26,482 nucleotides of DNA from a candidate division WOR-3 bacterium (GTDB lineage Bacteria > Hydrothermota > Tepidihabitantia > Tepidihabitantales > CAIPLT01), in assembly GCA_965649215.1 (NCBI GenBank), contig CBFGJZ010000011.1:22583-49064 (forward strand), read 5' to 3'. This document shows positions 1 to 9,639 of this stretch, one piece after another; the first letter of the stretch is position 1; each line of letters starts with the position of its first letter. Position numbers and translations under genes: made by a program. The notes beneath the pieces were generated by a model. That model worked only from the letters and a program-made list of their open reading frames with translations. It was not told where the DNA came from and searched no databases.

Positions 1-66
1 AACAACTTTTCTTGAGTTATAACTCTTACTTATATTCTTAATCTCAAGCGATAGTTTATTTGTCAT
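1..66 (-). CDS. lptB: LPS export ABC transporter ATP-binding protein LptB, 5' fragment running off the window edge
   Basis: Not in the ORF track. Manual translation from ATG at 66 gives MTNKLSLEIKNISKSYNSRKVV, a typical ABC ATPase/LptB N-terminus, directly downstream of lptC-lptA. Confidence 0.75.
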   Translation of the reverse strand, partial: MTNKLSLEIKNISKSYNSRKVV

Positions 67-72
67 TATTGT

Positions 73-102
73 ATATTAATATGTAAAATGTGATTCCGTC
101 AA
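73..102 (-). promoter_or_regulatory. Putative sigma70-type promoter of lptB (probably leaderless)
   Basis: Minus strand TTGACG-18 nt-TAATAT-6 nt-ATG; no SD. Confidence 0.4.
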
Positions 103-145
103 GTAGCTTTTATTGGGTAAAATTCAAGAGACAAAATGGATTAGT

Positions 146-1087
146 CTATAATTCTTGTTCTGAAATATAAGTTCCCTTAACTAAGTTTAAAGAATCTCCG
201 ATAATCTGGATTTCATTAATTTCCGCTTCTTCATAGATAATCATTAAGTTATTACCTTGCACAGATACTATACCACCATTATTAGTATAATATTCTGCTT
301 TAGCATTATGGGCTACTTGTAGATGAGATAGGGTTGTTGACTCTTGATTTTCTTTTTTTTCAAAATAGAAATAAATTATTTCGCCACTTAAATAATTTTC
401 ATGACTTTTAATAAAAGGATTACCCATAGCAACACCATAATCTTCTTTAATATAAAAAGTAAGAGAATCACACGATAAAATCGCATTATGAATTTCAACG
501 GCTACCTTATTTATGGCATAATAGGTTGTGTTTTGGTTATCAATTGCCATTTTTTGACTAGTGATAATAATAGTATCTTGTCTTTCAATTAATAATTTCG
601 GTGTTGATTCAACAACTCCAAGTTGTTTATTAAGATTATACCAAGCAGTATTACCAGTAATAGTTAAATTTTGTTTTTTTTCTTTAATTGTGATATCTTT
701 TTGTGTTGAAATAATATTTTGCAGATGGTCAAAACGAAGATATGGAGTGTTAATATTCAGGGTATCTGATTCGAGGATTACATTACCAAGTAATTGAGAT
801 GTTTTTGTATTAAAATCATAATACAAAGTCTCAGATGTGATAAGATAATTGTTAGTTGTAATGTTAACGGAATCGAACAATAAGGCTCGGTTATCTCGTT
901 CATAAAAAAGAGCCTTTTGAGCTGTAATTCTTAGGTTTTTATCATTTAGAGAAATGCCTTGGGGGAAATTAGTTATTCGTCCGTCTGGTGATTCTAACAA
1001 TTCCATTTTGGGTGCAGAAATATCAGTGGCAATAAGTAGCATTGGCAAAAAGAGGATATAATAACTAAATAATCTATTTGAATTCAT
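146..1087 (-). CDS. lptA: LptA/OstA beta-jellyroll periplasmic lipid-bridge protein, extended form
   Basis: Hydrophobic N-terminus, then repeated OstA-like strands (ITAQKALFY, LITSETLYYD, LSCDSLTFY, LSGEIIYF). Lies between lptC and lptB. ATG 1087 preferred over GTG 1108. Confidence 0.7.
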   Translation of the reverse strand: MNSNRLFSYYILFLPMLLIATDISAPKMELLESPDGRITNFPQGISLNDKNLRITAQKALFYERDNRALLFDSVNITTNNYLITSETLYYDFNTKTSQLLGNVILESDTLNINTPYLRFDHLQNIISTQKDITIKEKKQNLTITGNTAWYNLNKQLGVVESTPKLLIERQDTIIITSQKMAIDNQNTTYYAINKVAVEIHNAILSCDSLTFYIKEDYGVAMGNPFIKSHENYLSGEIIYFYFEKKENQESTTLSHLQVAHNAKAEYYTNNGGIVSVQGNNLMIIYEEAEINEIQIIGDSLNLVKGTYISEQEL

Positions 1088-1622
1088 AATGAGTTTTACC
1101 GGTAACACTACTTTTTATCTCGATTTTTTTCAATGCTGCATCGGATATTAAACCTTGACCAGCAATGTTTCCTTGTTTAGATTCAATGTTAACCCAGGCA
1201 TCTGTAATGATAAGTTGTGCTTGGTTGTCCCACAATAAAGAATCAGTGTAGAGAAAAGTTGAGTCTTTTGTTTTAACAATAACACTATCGCGAGCCACGA
1301 GGTTTGAATTTGCAGTGTTAACACAACCATTTAAAGATCTTAGTGTTGAATTTATAAAGCCATTATCGTCAAAGAAAACAACATAGGGATTTTCAACTTC
1401 AATTTTTTGTTGCTGGTTATAAACATATGCTTTTTGAGCAGTTACTAAATATAATTTTGAACCAGTGGTACTTTCGTAAAGTTTAAAATTATAAATTATT
1501 TGTGTTGGTAGATTTTTAGTAGAATTGGATTGTTTATTTGAGGGACAGTTACATAAAAAGGCTATAAATAGATTTATTAGTAAAATTAAATTCCTTTGGT
1601 TAGTAAAGATTTTTGGTAACAT
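1074..1622 (-). CDS. lptC: LPS export periplasmic protein LptC, possibly lipoprotein-anchored
   Basis: N-terminal hydrophobic segment ending FLCNC; LptC motifs LYTDSLLWD, IITDAWVNI and IAGQGLISD; gene order lptC-lptA-lptB. Confidence 0.85.
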   Translation of the reverse strand: MLPKIFTNQRNLILLINLFIAFLCNCPSNKQSNSTKNLPTQIIYNFKLYESTTGSKLYLVTAQKAYVYNQQQKIEVENPYVVFFDDNGFINSTLRSLNGCVNTANSNLVARDSVIVKTKDSTFLYTDSLLWDNQAQLIITDAWVNIESKQGNIAGQGLISDAALKKIEIKSSVTGKTHYEFK

Positions 1623-1627
1623 AATAT

Positions 1628-1656
1628 ATTGTCTTAACAGAAGTTTTGACTGTCAA
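1628..1656 (-). promoter_or_regulatory. Putative sigma70-type promoter of lptC (leaderless)
   Basis: Minus strand TTGACA-17 nt-GACAAT-5 nt-ATG; no SD. The -35 lies within the palindrome TTGACTGTCAA (1646-1656). Confidence 0.55.
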
Positions 1657-1683
1657 GTATTAATATTCACTAACGAAGCGACA

Positions 1684-3291
1684 TCAGTGGGTTTGAGAAT
1701 AATCTAATGCTGCTTTGATGAATCCTAAAAAGAGGGGATGAGGTTTTAAAGGACGAGATTTGAATTCGGGATGAAATTGGGTAGCTAAAAAGAAGGGGTG
1801 ATTTTTTAATTCAATGATTTCTACTAAATTTTCATCTTGATATTTACCACTGATAACTAAACCGTTTTTTACTAATAATGGAACATATCGATTATTGACT
1901 TCATAACGGTGACGATGTCTTTCCCAAATCATAAGTTTACGATAGCATCGATACGCCAGGGTATTTTTTTGTAAAGTCGTGGGAAATTTACCTAACCGCA
2001 TTGTACCACCTTTTTGTTTGGTGTGACGTTGACTAGGCAATAGATATATAACTGGATTTTTGGTTCGGGCATTAAATTCAGTTGAGTTAGCATCTTTTAA
2101 ACCGCACATATGACGGGCAAATTCAATGACCGCACATTGAAGACCAATACAAAGTCCTAAGAACGGAATTTTATGTTCACGGACATATTTGATAGTTGCA
2201 ATCTTTCCTTCAATACCTCGTACACCAAATCCGCCAGGAATTATAATGCCTGCCAGGCCAGTAAATTTAGCTTCGCCATTTTGCAAATTTATAGTATCTG
2301 AATCAAGCCATTGAATATTGGCATAGATTTTATGATAAGTTGCTGCATGTTTTACGGCTTCAACAACACTTTTATATGCATCGTGTAACTTTGTGTATTT
2401 GCCACAGATACCAATAGATATTTGGCTTATTGGATTTTTAGCGTTGGCAACATAATTTTGCCATTCATTTAATTTTGGTGGTTTGCTAAATTTTTTAAGG
2501 TCTAAACGATTAATAATTAACCTATCTAAACCTTGTTTAGAGAAGATTAATGGTATTTCGTAAATATCTGCAACATCAATTGCTTCGATTACTGCTTCAA
2601 CTGGTACATTGCAAAATAAAGCAATTTTCTCTTTTGCTTCTTGAGGGAGGGAGTATTTAGTGCGACAGAGAATAATATCGGGCTGAATACCAATTTCACG
2701 TAATTCCTTAACAGAATGTTGAGTCGGTTTTGTCTTATATTCATAAGATGATTCAATAAAAGGCACTAAAGTAAGATGAATATAAAGAACATTATCTTTT
2801 TTTTCTTCTAAATGCATTTGGCGGATTGCTTCTAAAAAAGGCAAGCTTTCAATGTCACCAACCGTGCCACCAATTTCTGTAATTACAACGTCAACATTTT
2901 GAGCTAGTCTACGAATTCTGCTTTTTATTTCATTAGTTATATGGGGGACAACTTGGATTGTGCCACCCAAAAATTCACCTTTACGTTCTTTTTCAATGAT
3001 TGCGTTATATATCTGACCAGTTGTTAAATTATGGTGGCGGGTTAGATTTTCATTTATAAATCTTTCATAATGTCCTAAATCTAAATCAGTTTCTGCCCCA
3101 TCATCCGTGACAAATACTTCACCATGTTGAAATGGACTCATTGTACCAGGATCAACATTAATATAAGGGTCAAATTTTTGCAAAGTAACTTTCATACCTC
3201 GACTTTTCAATAGTAAACCGATTGACGCAGTTGCAATGCCTTTTCCTAATGAGGAAACAACGCCACCTGTAACAAAAATATATTTGGCCAT
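1684..3291 (-). CDS. pyrG: CTP synthase
   Basis: [35 protein letters not shown], GATase nucleophile [18 protein letters not shown]. Confidence 0.99.
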   Translation of the reverse strand: MAKYIFVTGGVVSSLGKGIATASIGLLLKSRGMKVTLQKFDPYINVDPGTMSPFQHGEVFVTDDGAETDLDLGHYERFINENLTRHHNLTTGQIYNAIIEKERKGEFLGGTIQVVPHITNEIKSRIRRLAQNVDVVITEIGGTVGDIESLPFLEAIRQMHLEEKKDNVLYIHLTLVPFIESSYEYKTKPTQHSVKELREIGIQPDIILCRTKYSLPQEAKEKIALFCNVPVEAVIEAIDVADIYEIPLIFSKQGLDRLIINRLDLKKFSKPPKLNEWQNYVANAKNPISQISIGICGKYTKLHDAYKSVVEAVKHAATYHKIYANIQWLDSDTINLQNGEAKFTGLAGIIIPGGFGVRGIEGKIATIKYVREHKIPFLGLCIGLQCAVIEFARHMCGLKDANSTEFNARTKNPVIYLLPSQRHTKQKGGTMRLGKFPTTLQKNTLAYRCYRKLMIWERHRHRYEVNNRYVPLLVKNGLVISGKYQDENLVEIIELKNHPFFLATQFHPEFKSRPLKPHPLFLGFIKAALDYSQTH

Positions 3292-3296
3292 AATTA

Positions 3297-3324
3297 AAGA
3301 TATAAATAAAATTTAATAAGTCAA
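3297..3324 (-). promoter_or_regulatory. Putative sigma70-type promoter of pyrG (leaderless)
   Basis: Minus strand TTGACT-16 nt-TATCTT-5 nt-ATG; no SD. Confidence 0.55.
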
Positions 3325-3706
3325 GAGTAAAGAAAATAGTATTCATAATAAATAAACATTAAAAGAATGATCTTTATTGTTATTTTTATTGATGATGTTA
3401 TATATTACTAAGAAAAAGGGTGAGTTACCAATCCCGATGAACATATAAATATTCTCCAGAAAAAACATTATCGTTAAAGGATAACTATAAAAATGAATTG
3501 ATTTTGTATAAGGGAAAATTTGATTTTTTAAATAAATTTATCTATTAAATATTATAAATGAAAATATGGGGTACTTATCATTTGTTTTAACTTTTTGAAT
3601 ATTAGCTACTGTATTTGAAACACTTAAATGCAATTATTTTATAAATACAGTGGACTTATTAGTTAAGATAAGATTGGTAATTTTATTTGCTTATTGATAA
3701 AGTGTA

Positions 3707-3734
3707 TTGACTTTTATATAGTATATTTTATAAT
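3707..3734 (+). promoter_or_regulatory. Putative sigma70-type promoter of ndk and the downstream operon (leaderless)
   Basis: TTGACT(3707)-16 nt-TATAAT(3729)-6 nt-TTG start; no SD. Confidence 0.6.
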
Positions 3735-3740
3735 GTGTGA

Positions 3741-4169
3741 TTGTTGGAACAGACTCTTTTGATGATTAAGCCCGATGCGGTCAAAGCAAAACATATCGGG
3801 GATATTATCAGGGAAATCGAAAGAAATTTTATAATTGTGGATATAAAATATACTCGTTTAACTAAAACTCAAGCCAGAGAATTTTACGCAATTCATAAAG
3901 GTAAAGATTTTTACAAACCATTAGTGAATTTTATTACCTCGGGTCCGGTTGTTGCTTTATTATTAGAAGGTGAAAATGTCCAACAAAGATTGCGTGACTT
4001 CATCGGTGCCACGGATCCGCAAAAAGCAAAAAAGGGTACAATTCGAGCGAAATATGGTACTTCAATTCGAGAAAATGCAGTGCATGCTTCGAATCCGTAT
4101 GAAGATCCGAAAAGAGAAATCAAATTATTTTTTCCTTATCAAAAAAAACATAAAAAAATATGCAAGTAA
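3741..4169 (+). CDS. ndk: Nucleoside diphosphate kinase
   Basis: EQTLLMIKPDAV, FYAIHKGKDFY, GATDP, GTIRAKYG, phosphohistidine motif NAVHAS. Confidence 0.98.
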   Translation: MLEQTLLMIKPDAVKAKHIGDIIREIERNFIIVDIKYTRLTKTQAREFYAIHKGKDFYKPLVNFITSGPVVALLLEGENVQQRLRDFIGATDPQKAKKGTIRAKYGTSIRENAVHASNPYEDPKREIKLFFPYQKKHKKICK

Positions 4170-4226
4170 AAAGTATTTTATTTATTTGTATAATTTAAGA
4201 TGTAAAATTTAATCTTGGAGGAGATC

Positions 4227-7200
4227 GTGAAAAAAACTATTTATTTAGTGCTAATGTTCGTGTTTACGAGTGTTCTCTTCGCGAGTTCTTTTTCAAAAAC
4301 AATTAGATTTTCAGAAAGTGATTTGTTATTTGAAAAAATTGACAATTATACGATCGTCAATTTAAAAGGACAACCTCAATATCACATACCTGGCGCACCA
4401 ATGATACCAATAGCACTTTTGCATATATTAGTTCCTGCTAACGCTATAGTAAGTGATATCAAAATTTTAAGTTATCAAGAAAAACCTTTAAGTGGTGATT
4501 TTATTTTATTTCCTGCCCAACATCCACTACCGATCAGTTATCAAGGTCCTTATGTGTTTACTAATCCGGATCCGATTGTTTATCTATCCAACGATGTTTA
4601 CCCTTCTAAAATAATTGATTTTTCTTCAACTGGCACTAAATGCGGTTATCGGATTGTGAGTGTAGGGGTGTTCCCAATTAGATATTATCCAGTTGAGCAT
4701 AAGTTGTCTCTGATTACTGAATTAAACATTGAAATAAATTATTTAGAAGAAAAAGGCGAAGCAATTACAGAGCGACAAAAAATATTTGCAAACAATGATA
4801 TTAAACATTTGGTATTGAATCCTGAAGATATTAATCGTTTTGCACCTGACATTAAAGTTGCTGAGGATTATGAAATTGATTGTATTATTATAACAAACGA
4901 TGCTTTAGCAGCAAATTTTTCGCCCTTAGTTGAATGGCATAATCAAAAAGGTTTTCGAACCGAAATCAGGTCAACTTCATTAATTAATAGTAGTTATAAC
5001 GGACGGGATTTACAAGAAAAGATTCGTAATTTTATAATAGATTATTTCAATAATCGTGGTTTAAAGTGGGTAATTTTGGGAGGTGATAATTCAATTGTCC
5101 CGGCACGTCGCTGTAGATCAGTAGTTGGATCAGAAACAGGTAATATTCCTTGTGATTTGTACTATGCCGATTTACAGTGGTCATGGGATGGTAATAATAA
5201 TAATATTTTTGGAGAAGCGGGTTACGATACAGTTGACTTTTATGCAGATATTTATGTTGGGCGACTTTCCGTAGATAATGCTAATGAAATTACAAATAAT
5301 ATCAATAAAATTTTTACTTATGAAAGAAATCCAGATACAACCTATATCAAGAAAATTCTCTTACCAGCTGCTTATCTTTGGTCAAATTATAATCATATGT
5401 TATCGCAAGATTCAATTGAAAGAATTACGCCTATCGGTTGGGTGGATCGTAAAATTAATCTCGGACAAAATGATGCTTTACGATATTTAGTTCGTGATTC
5501 ATTAAATAATGGTTTTGGTTTAGCGCATTTAGTTGGTCATGGCGATGACGTTGGTGTCTACATCAATTACAGCCCCCAATATAACACTTCCGATCCAGCG
5601 ACCCAAACTAACAACAATAAATTAGTTATCATTAATTCAATTGCTTGTTATCCAGGAAATTTTGAATACAGCGATTGTTTAGCAGAACGAATGATGAATG
5701 TTCCTAATTGTGCAGTTGCGGTTATGATGAATTCAAGATATGGTTGGGGAACACCGCCTGTGATTGGTCCATCAGAATATTTAGATATGGCATTTTACGA
5801 TATTTTCTTTGCTCGTGATTCCGTTATGATTGGACCTTGTTTTAGTAGTTCTAAAGATTACTTTCGTTATTTAGCAGAAGGTCAACAAGTTTGGCGATGG
5901 TGTGTATTTGAGCTTAATTTATTTGGCGACCCAGTAATGACAATGTGGAAAGATGTTCCAACAGAAATAAATATTACTTATCCTGATTCAATACAGACCG
6001 GTGGACAAAATATTAATATCAGTGTTTCCCGCAATGGGTTACCGGTTAATAATGCTACGGTTGGCATTTACAAGCCTAATGAAGTTTATGCGCATGGTCG
6101 AACTAATAGTTCAGGTCAAGTTACTTTGTCGATAAATCCTTTAACTCCTGGTCTTATTTATTTTACTGCTACGGGCTCAAATTGTCTACCGAAACAAGAA
6201 AGCTTATTAGTCACCCAAGGTGCAGCATTACCTTATTTGGTTATTCGTCGAATCACCCCAACCCAAGTTAATTTAAACCAAAACAGTGACTTAACAATAG
6301 TAATTAGAAATTCGGGAACCGCTGGTGCATCAAATGTAATCGGAAAATTAAGCACCAATAGTAATTATATTACTTTGCTGGATTCTCTTTCGAATTATGG
6401 AGTTGTTTTAACAAATGATTCAGCAAGTGGAGACGTTTATAGTTTCTATGTAAGTTCGAGTACGCCACCGGGTACTCAAATTCCTTTTACAATTAATTTA
6501 ATTTCCGATCAAGGAAGTTGGAATTATAATTTCAATATTTTAGCAGGGACACCACCAATACCAGGTTTACTTTTTGCAGACCATGACACTGGTTATTGTT
6601 TGTTGACAGTAACCGCACAAGGAAGTATTGGTTATACTGCCCCAAATGCAGAGCCTGGTTCTGGTTTTCGTTATCCTAAAGCTGCAGCCAGTGCTTTGTA
6701 TTATAGTTCTTTATTAATCGGTAATTCAGTTTCATATGTTGTTGATCGATTTTATGGACAGCCGGCAAGTGCTACAAATTCAGATTGGATAGTAAATGAA
6801 AGTCTGTATTTTGTAATTCCACCGCAATTTGGTGAGGAACATTTACGATGTAGTTATACTGACGCTGGACATCCTTCACCAAAGGGTATCAAAGTTACCC
6901 AGAATAGTTATATGTTATCGGATCCAAGATATGATGATTTTATAATCTTAGTATACGATATTCAGAATATTAGTAGTAATCCAATTAATGGATTGTATTC
7001 AGGAATTATTGCTGATTTTGATATTATTGCTAGTGCTTCGACATCAGATATTGCTAGAAGCGATGCGACGAGAAGATTAGTCTATATGCGTCAAGCATCA
7101 GTTCAAAATCCCACGGTGGGTATAAAGTTATTGACACCAAATAATGCAGCAAATCTAACCGCAATTGACCACGACCGCTATGTATATCCTGATTCAGCAA

Positions 7201-7721
7201 TGACCGAAAGTATGAAATATCGGATTCTTAATGGTGCGATAAATCAACCGCAATCAAATCGCACATATGACTGGTCAGTCGGTATTTCAGAGGGTCCATT
7301 TAATTTAGCACCACAACAAATTCACCGAGTAGCTTATGCTTTTATTGGTGGTTCTTCGGAAGCAGCAATGTTAGCGAATGCAGATTCTGCTCAAGTTTGG
7401 TTTGATCGTTATTTAAGTTATGTCTCTGAGGATAATAATCTTACAAATATGCTGCAACTATCAAATATTAATTTTACTATTACGCCTAATCCAACGCAAG
7501 GTGTGATTACCATACAATATAATATCTTAACAGGTGGAAAATATTCAGTTGACTTGTATGATATAACTGGTCAACAAATAAGACAGATTTATCAAGGACC
7601 AATTAATAATCTTTATGGGCAGTTCGATTATCAGATAAATGATCTCCCGAGTGGTATTTATTTCGTAAAATTTAGTAATAATACCGATCAGGGTGTACAG
7701 AAAATTTTATTGCTAAAATAA
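4227..7721 (+). CDS. Secreted C25 (gingipain-family) cysteine peptidase with propeptide, Ig-like domains and T9SS type-A-like C-terminal sorting domain
   Basis: SD GGAGG (4217-4221) before GTG 4227; signal peptide MKKTIYLVLMFVFTSVLFA; C25 motifs VILGGD, DLYYADL, YVGRL, catalytic GHG and IACYPG, NLFGDP; tail ITPNP...LYDITGQ...LPSGIYFVK...KILLLK. Confidence 0.9.
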   Translation: MKKTIYLVLMFVFTSVLFASSFSKTIRFSESDLLFEKIDNYTIVNLKGQPQYHIPGAPMIPIALLHILVPANAIVSDIKILSYQEKPLSGDFILFPAQHPLPISYQGPYVFTNPDPIVYLSNDVYPSKIIDFSSTGTKCGYRIVSVGVFPIRYYPVEHKLSLITELNIEINYLEEKGEAITERQKIFANNDIKHLVLNPEDINRFAPDIKVAEDYEIDCIIITNDALAANFSPLVEWHNQKGFRTEIRSTSLINSSYNGRDLQEKIRNFIIDYFNNRGLKWVILGGDNSIVPARRCRSVVGSETGNIPCDLYYADLQWSWDGNNNNIFGEAGYDTVDFYADIYVGRLSVDNANEITNNINKIFTYERNPDTTYIKKILLPAAYLWSNYNHMLSQDSIERITPIGWVDRKINLGQNDALRYLVRDSLNNGFGLAHLVGHGDDVGVYINYSPQYNTSDPATQTNNNKLVIINSIACYPGNFEYSDCLAERMMNVPNCAVAVMMNSRYGWGTPPVIGPSEYLDMAFYDIFFARDSVMIGPCFSSSKDYFRYLAEGQQVWRWCVFELNLFGDPVMTMWKDVPTEINITYPDSIQTGGQNINISVSRNGLPVNNATVGIYKPNEVYAHGRTNSSGQVTLSINPLTPGLIYFTATGSNCLPKQESLLVTQGAALPYLVIRRITPTQVNLNQNSDLTIVIRNSGTAGASNVIGKLSTNSNYITLLDSLSNYGVVLTNDSASGDVYSFYVSSSTPPGTQIPFTINLISDQGSWNYNFNILAGTPPIPGLLFADHDTGYCLLTVTAQGSIGYTAPNAEPGSGFRYPKAAASALYYSSLLIGNSVSYVVDRFYGQPASATNSDWIVNESLYFVIPPQFGEEHLRCSYTDAGHPSPKGIKVTQNSYMLSDPRYDDFIILVYDIQNISSNPINGLYSGIIADFDIIASASTSDIARSDATRRLVYMRQASVQNPTVGIKLLTPNNAANLTAIDHDRYVYPDSAMTESMKYRILNGAINQPQSNRTYDWSVGISEGPFNLAPQQIHRVAYAFIGGSSEAAMLANADSAQVWFDRYLSYVSEDNNLTNMLQLSNINFTITPNPTQGVITIQYNILTGGKYSVDLYDITGQQIRQIYQGPINNLYGQFDYQINDLPSGIYFVKFSNNTDQGVQKILLLK

Positions 7722-7728
7722 CGATTTA

Positions 7729-8940
7729 ATGAAAGTTCAATCTAAAATCCAATTTATCAGCTTAGCGATCATATTTTCTATTCTTAGTCTTTTATTTTTT
7801 ACTTGTTATGGGGAAGGTATTAATCTTAAACCACTTTCTGCACTTAGGGCTTTCGATAAACCTAATGATGGTGGAAAGACAATAGTGGTAGAATGGCAAC
7901 TTATTAGTCAAGATACAATTGCTAATGATAATTTCCTTGGTTATGAGATTTATCGAAGTGATAAGCCGGATGGTGCTTTTGAATATATTGGTTTCGCTTT
8001 AAAGGGTTCAACTCAATATGAAGACCAAACAACTGAAGATAGTAAGGATTATTACTACTATGTCAAAGCAACATTTGTTGATACTTCTTTAGTTTCTGAG
8101 GTGGTTGGTCCTGTTCAATCTCATGCTCAATGGTTCAATAAAGCTCGATTTAATGTGTTAATCTTTACTTTGATTATATGTTTTTTAGTAATCTGGTATA
8201 TCGAAAGAGCTAAAAAAGGCGAAAAATTATTCGTGCGAAGAATTAGTGGGTTAGATGCGATTGATGATGCAGTCGGACGAGCAACCGAGATGGGAAGGCC
8301 AATTCTCTTTAGCTTTGGTTTAAGTGCGATTACCGATGTAGTTGCCATCGCTGCATTATCAATTTTAGGTAAAATTGCTAAAAAATCAGCGGAATATCAA
8401 ACTCGTTTATTAGTACCTAATTATGATCCAATTTTAATGACGGCAGCCCAAGAGACAGTGAAACAAGCTTATCTTGAAGCGGGACGACCAGATTTGTATA
8501 ATGAAACAAATATGCCCTTTTTAACTTCTGATCAATTTGGTTATGCTGCAGGTGTAGATGGTATCATGCTAAGAGAAAAACCGGGCGCGGTCTTTTGGCA
8601 GGGTTATTTTTATGCGGAATCATTAATTATGTCAGAAACAGGTCATGCTATCGGAGCAATCCAAATCGCAGGAACAACGGCGATAACGCAATTACCATTC
8701 TTTATTGCATCTTGTGATTATACATTAATTGGAGAAGAGATGTTTGCTGCATCTTGTTATTTAAAACCCGAACCCCAAATGCTTGGAAGTCTTAAAGGAG
8801 AAGATACGGCAAAAGCAATTATTTTGGGAATTTTTATAGTTGTTGTTTTAATAGGTACTTTGGGAGTTTTATTGAAAGATAAAATTCCTTATATTTATCA
8901 ACTTTTTAATTTTTTGTATAATTGGTTTACAGCACAATGA
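7729..8940 (+). CDS. Membrane protein with signal peptide, fibronectin type III domain and DUF6754-like domain (module gene A)
   Basis: Signal peptide; FN3 pattern (VEW...GYEIYRS...YED...YYYYVKA); TM; then RRISGLDAIDDAVGRATEMGRP and DYTLIGEEMFAA motifs recalled for DUF6754; C-terminal TM. Confidence 0.75.
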   Translation: MKVQSKIQFISLAIIFSILSLLFFTCYGEGINLKPLSALRAFDKPNDGGKTIVVEWQLISQDTIANDNFLGYEIYRSDKPDGAFEYIGFALKGSTQYEDQTTEDSKDYYYYVKATFVDTSLVSEVVGPVQSHAQWFNKARFNVLIFTLIICFLVIWYIERAKKGEKLFVRRISGLDAIDDAVGRATEMGRPILFSFGLSAITDVVAIAALSILGKIAKKSAEYQTRLLVPNYDPILMTAAQETVKQAYLEAGRPDLYNETNMPFLTSDQFGYAAGVDGIMLREKPGAVFWQGYFYAESLIMSETGHAIGAIQIAGTTAITQLPFFIASCDYTLIGEEMFAASCYLKPEPQMLGSLKGEDTAKAIILGIFIVVVLIGTLGVLLKDKIPYIYQLFNFLYNWFTAQ

Positions 8941-9638
8941 GAAATCAACTTCCTTTAATTATTGTATTTGCGACAGGTTTATTAGTAATTGTTACTTTTT
9001 TTATTCCTCATGAACCTTTTGGCAGTTTAGAGCAAAGATTTTTAATTTGGTATTCAATCGTGGCTGGTTTTACTATGTTGCTAGGTTTAGATAGTTTAAC
9101 CCGATATCATTTAATCCGAATTCGCGATCGGATGAGTGGGTGGGGATTCAGTATTGTGTTATTGCTCGGATTGTTTTTGACATTAGGATTGGGTTTTTAT
9201 ACGTGGGCAAAATATCAAAGCCCATTCACATTAGGTTCACCTTTTATGTATCTTTATACTTATGTTATTATACCACTTCAAGCGACAATGTTTGCACTTC
9301 TTGCTTTTTTTATTGCTTCTGCTGCCTATCGAGCATTCCGTGCCAGAACATCAGAAGCAACTTTATTATTAATTGCAGCAGTTTTAGTTATGTTAGGGCG
9401 AGTGCCTTTAGGAGGATGGCTGTGGCGTCAGATTATAAGTCTGATAGATTTAATTCCTGGTACGCATTTAGAAAGCTTAAAAAATTTAGAAGTTTTTGCA
9501 AAAATCAATGATTGGATTATGGATATTCCTCAGACTGCAGCAAAACGTGGCATTTATATTGGAATTGTATTAGGTGGTATTGCAATGTCAATAAGAATTA
9601 TTTTAGGAATTGAAAGGTCATATACTTCTGGATCGTAG
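8937..9638 (+). CDS. Uncharacterised integral membrane protein, about 6 TM (module gene B)
   Basis: ATG 8937 overlaps the upstream stop (ATGA); about six hydrophobic segments; motif PLQATMFALLAFFIASAAYRAFRAR. Confidence 0.8.
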   Translation: MRNQLPLIIVFATGLLVIVTFFIPHEPFGSLEQRFLIWYSIVAGFTMLLGLDSLTRYHLIRIRDRMSGWGFSIVLLLGLFLTLGLGFYTWAKYQSPFTLGSPFMYLYTYVIIPLQATMFALLAFFIASAAYRAFRARTSEATLLLIAAVLVMLGRVPLGGWLWRQIISLIDLIPGTHLESLKNLEVFAKINDWIMDIPQTAAKRGIYIGIVLGGIAMSIRIILGIERSYTSGS

Positions 9639-9639
9639 T

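Noticed and set aside
3292-3740. Replication origin
   Set aside because: AT-rich, but no TTATCCACA-type DnaA boxes were seen and there is no dnaA/dnaN context.
4069-4110. Inactive Ndk because the motif reads HASN instead of HGSD
   Set aside because: The catalytic His, Ser, downstream Glu and the other conserved residues are intact; treated as an ordinary variant.
4215-4226. ORF-track starts at 4215, 8922, 9610, 12684, 14465 and 23853
   Set aside because: Downstream starts (4227, 8937, 9640, 12696, 14471, 23880) fit SD position or stop-start coupling better.
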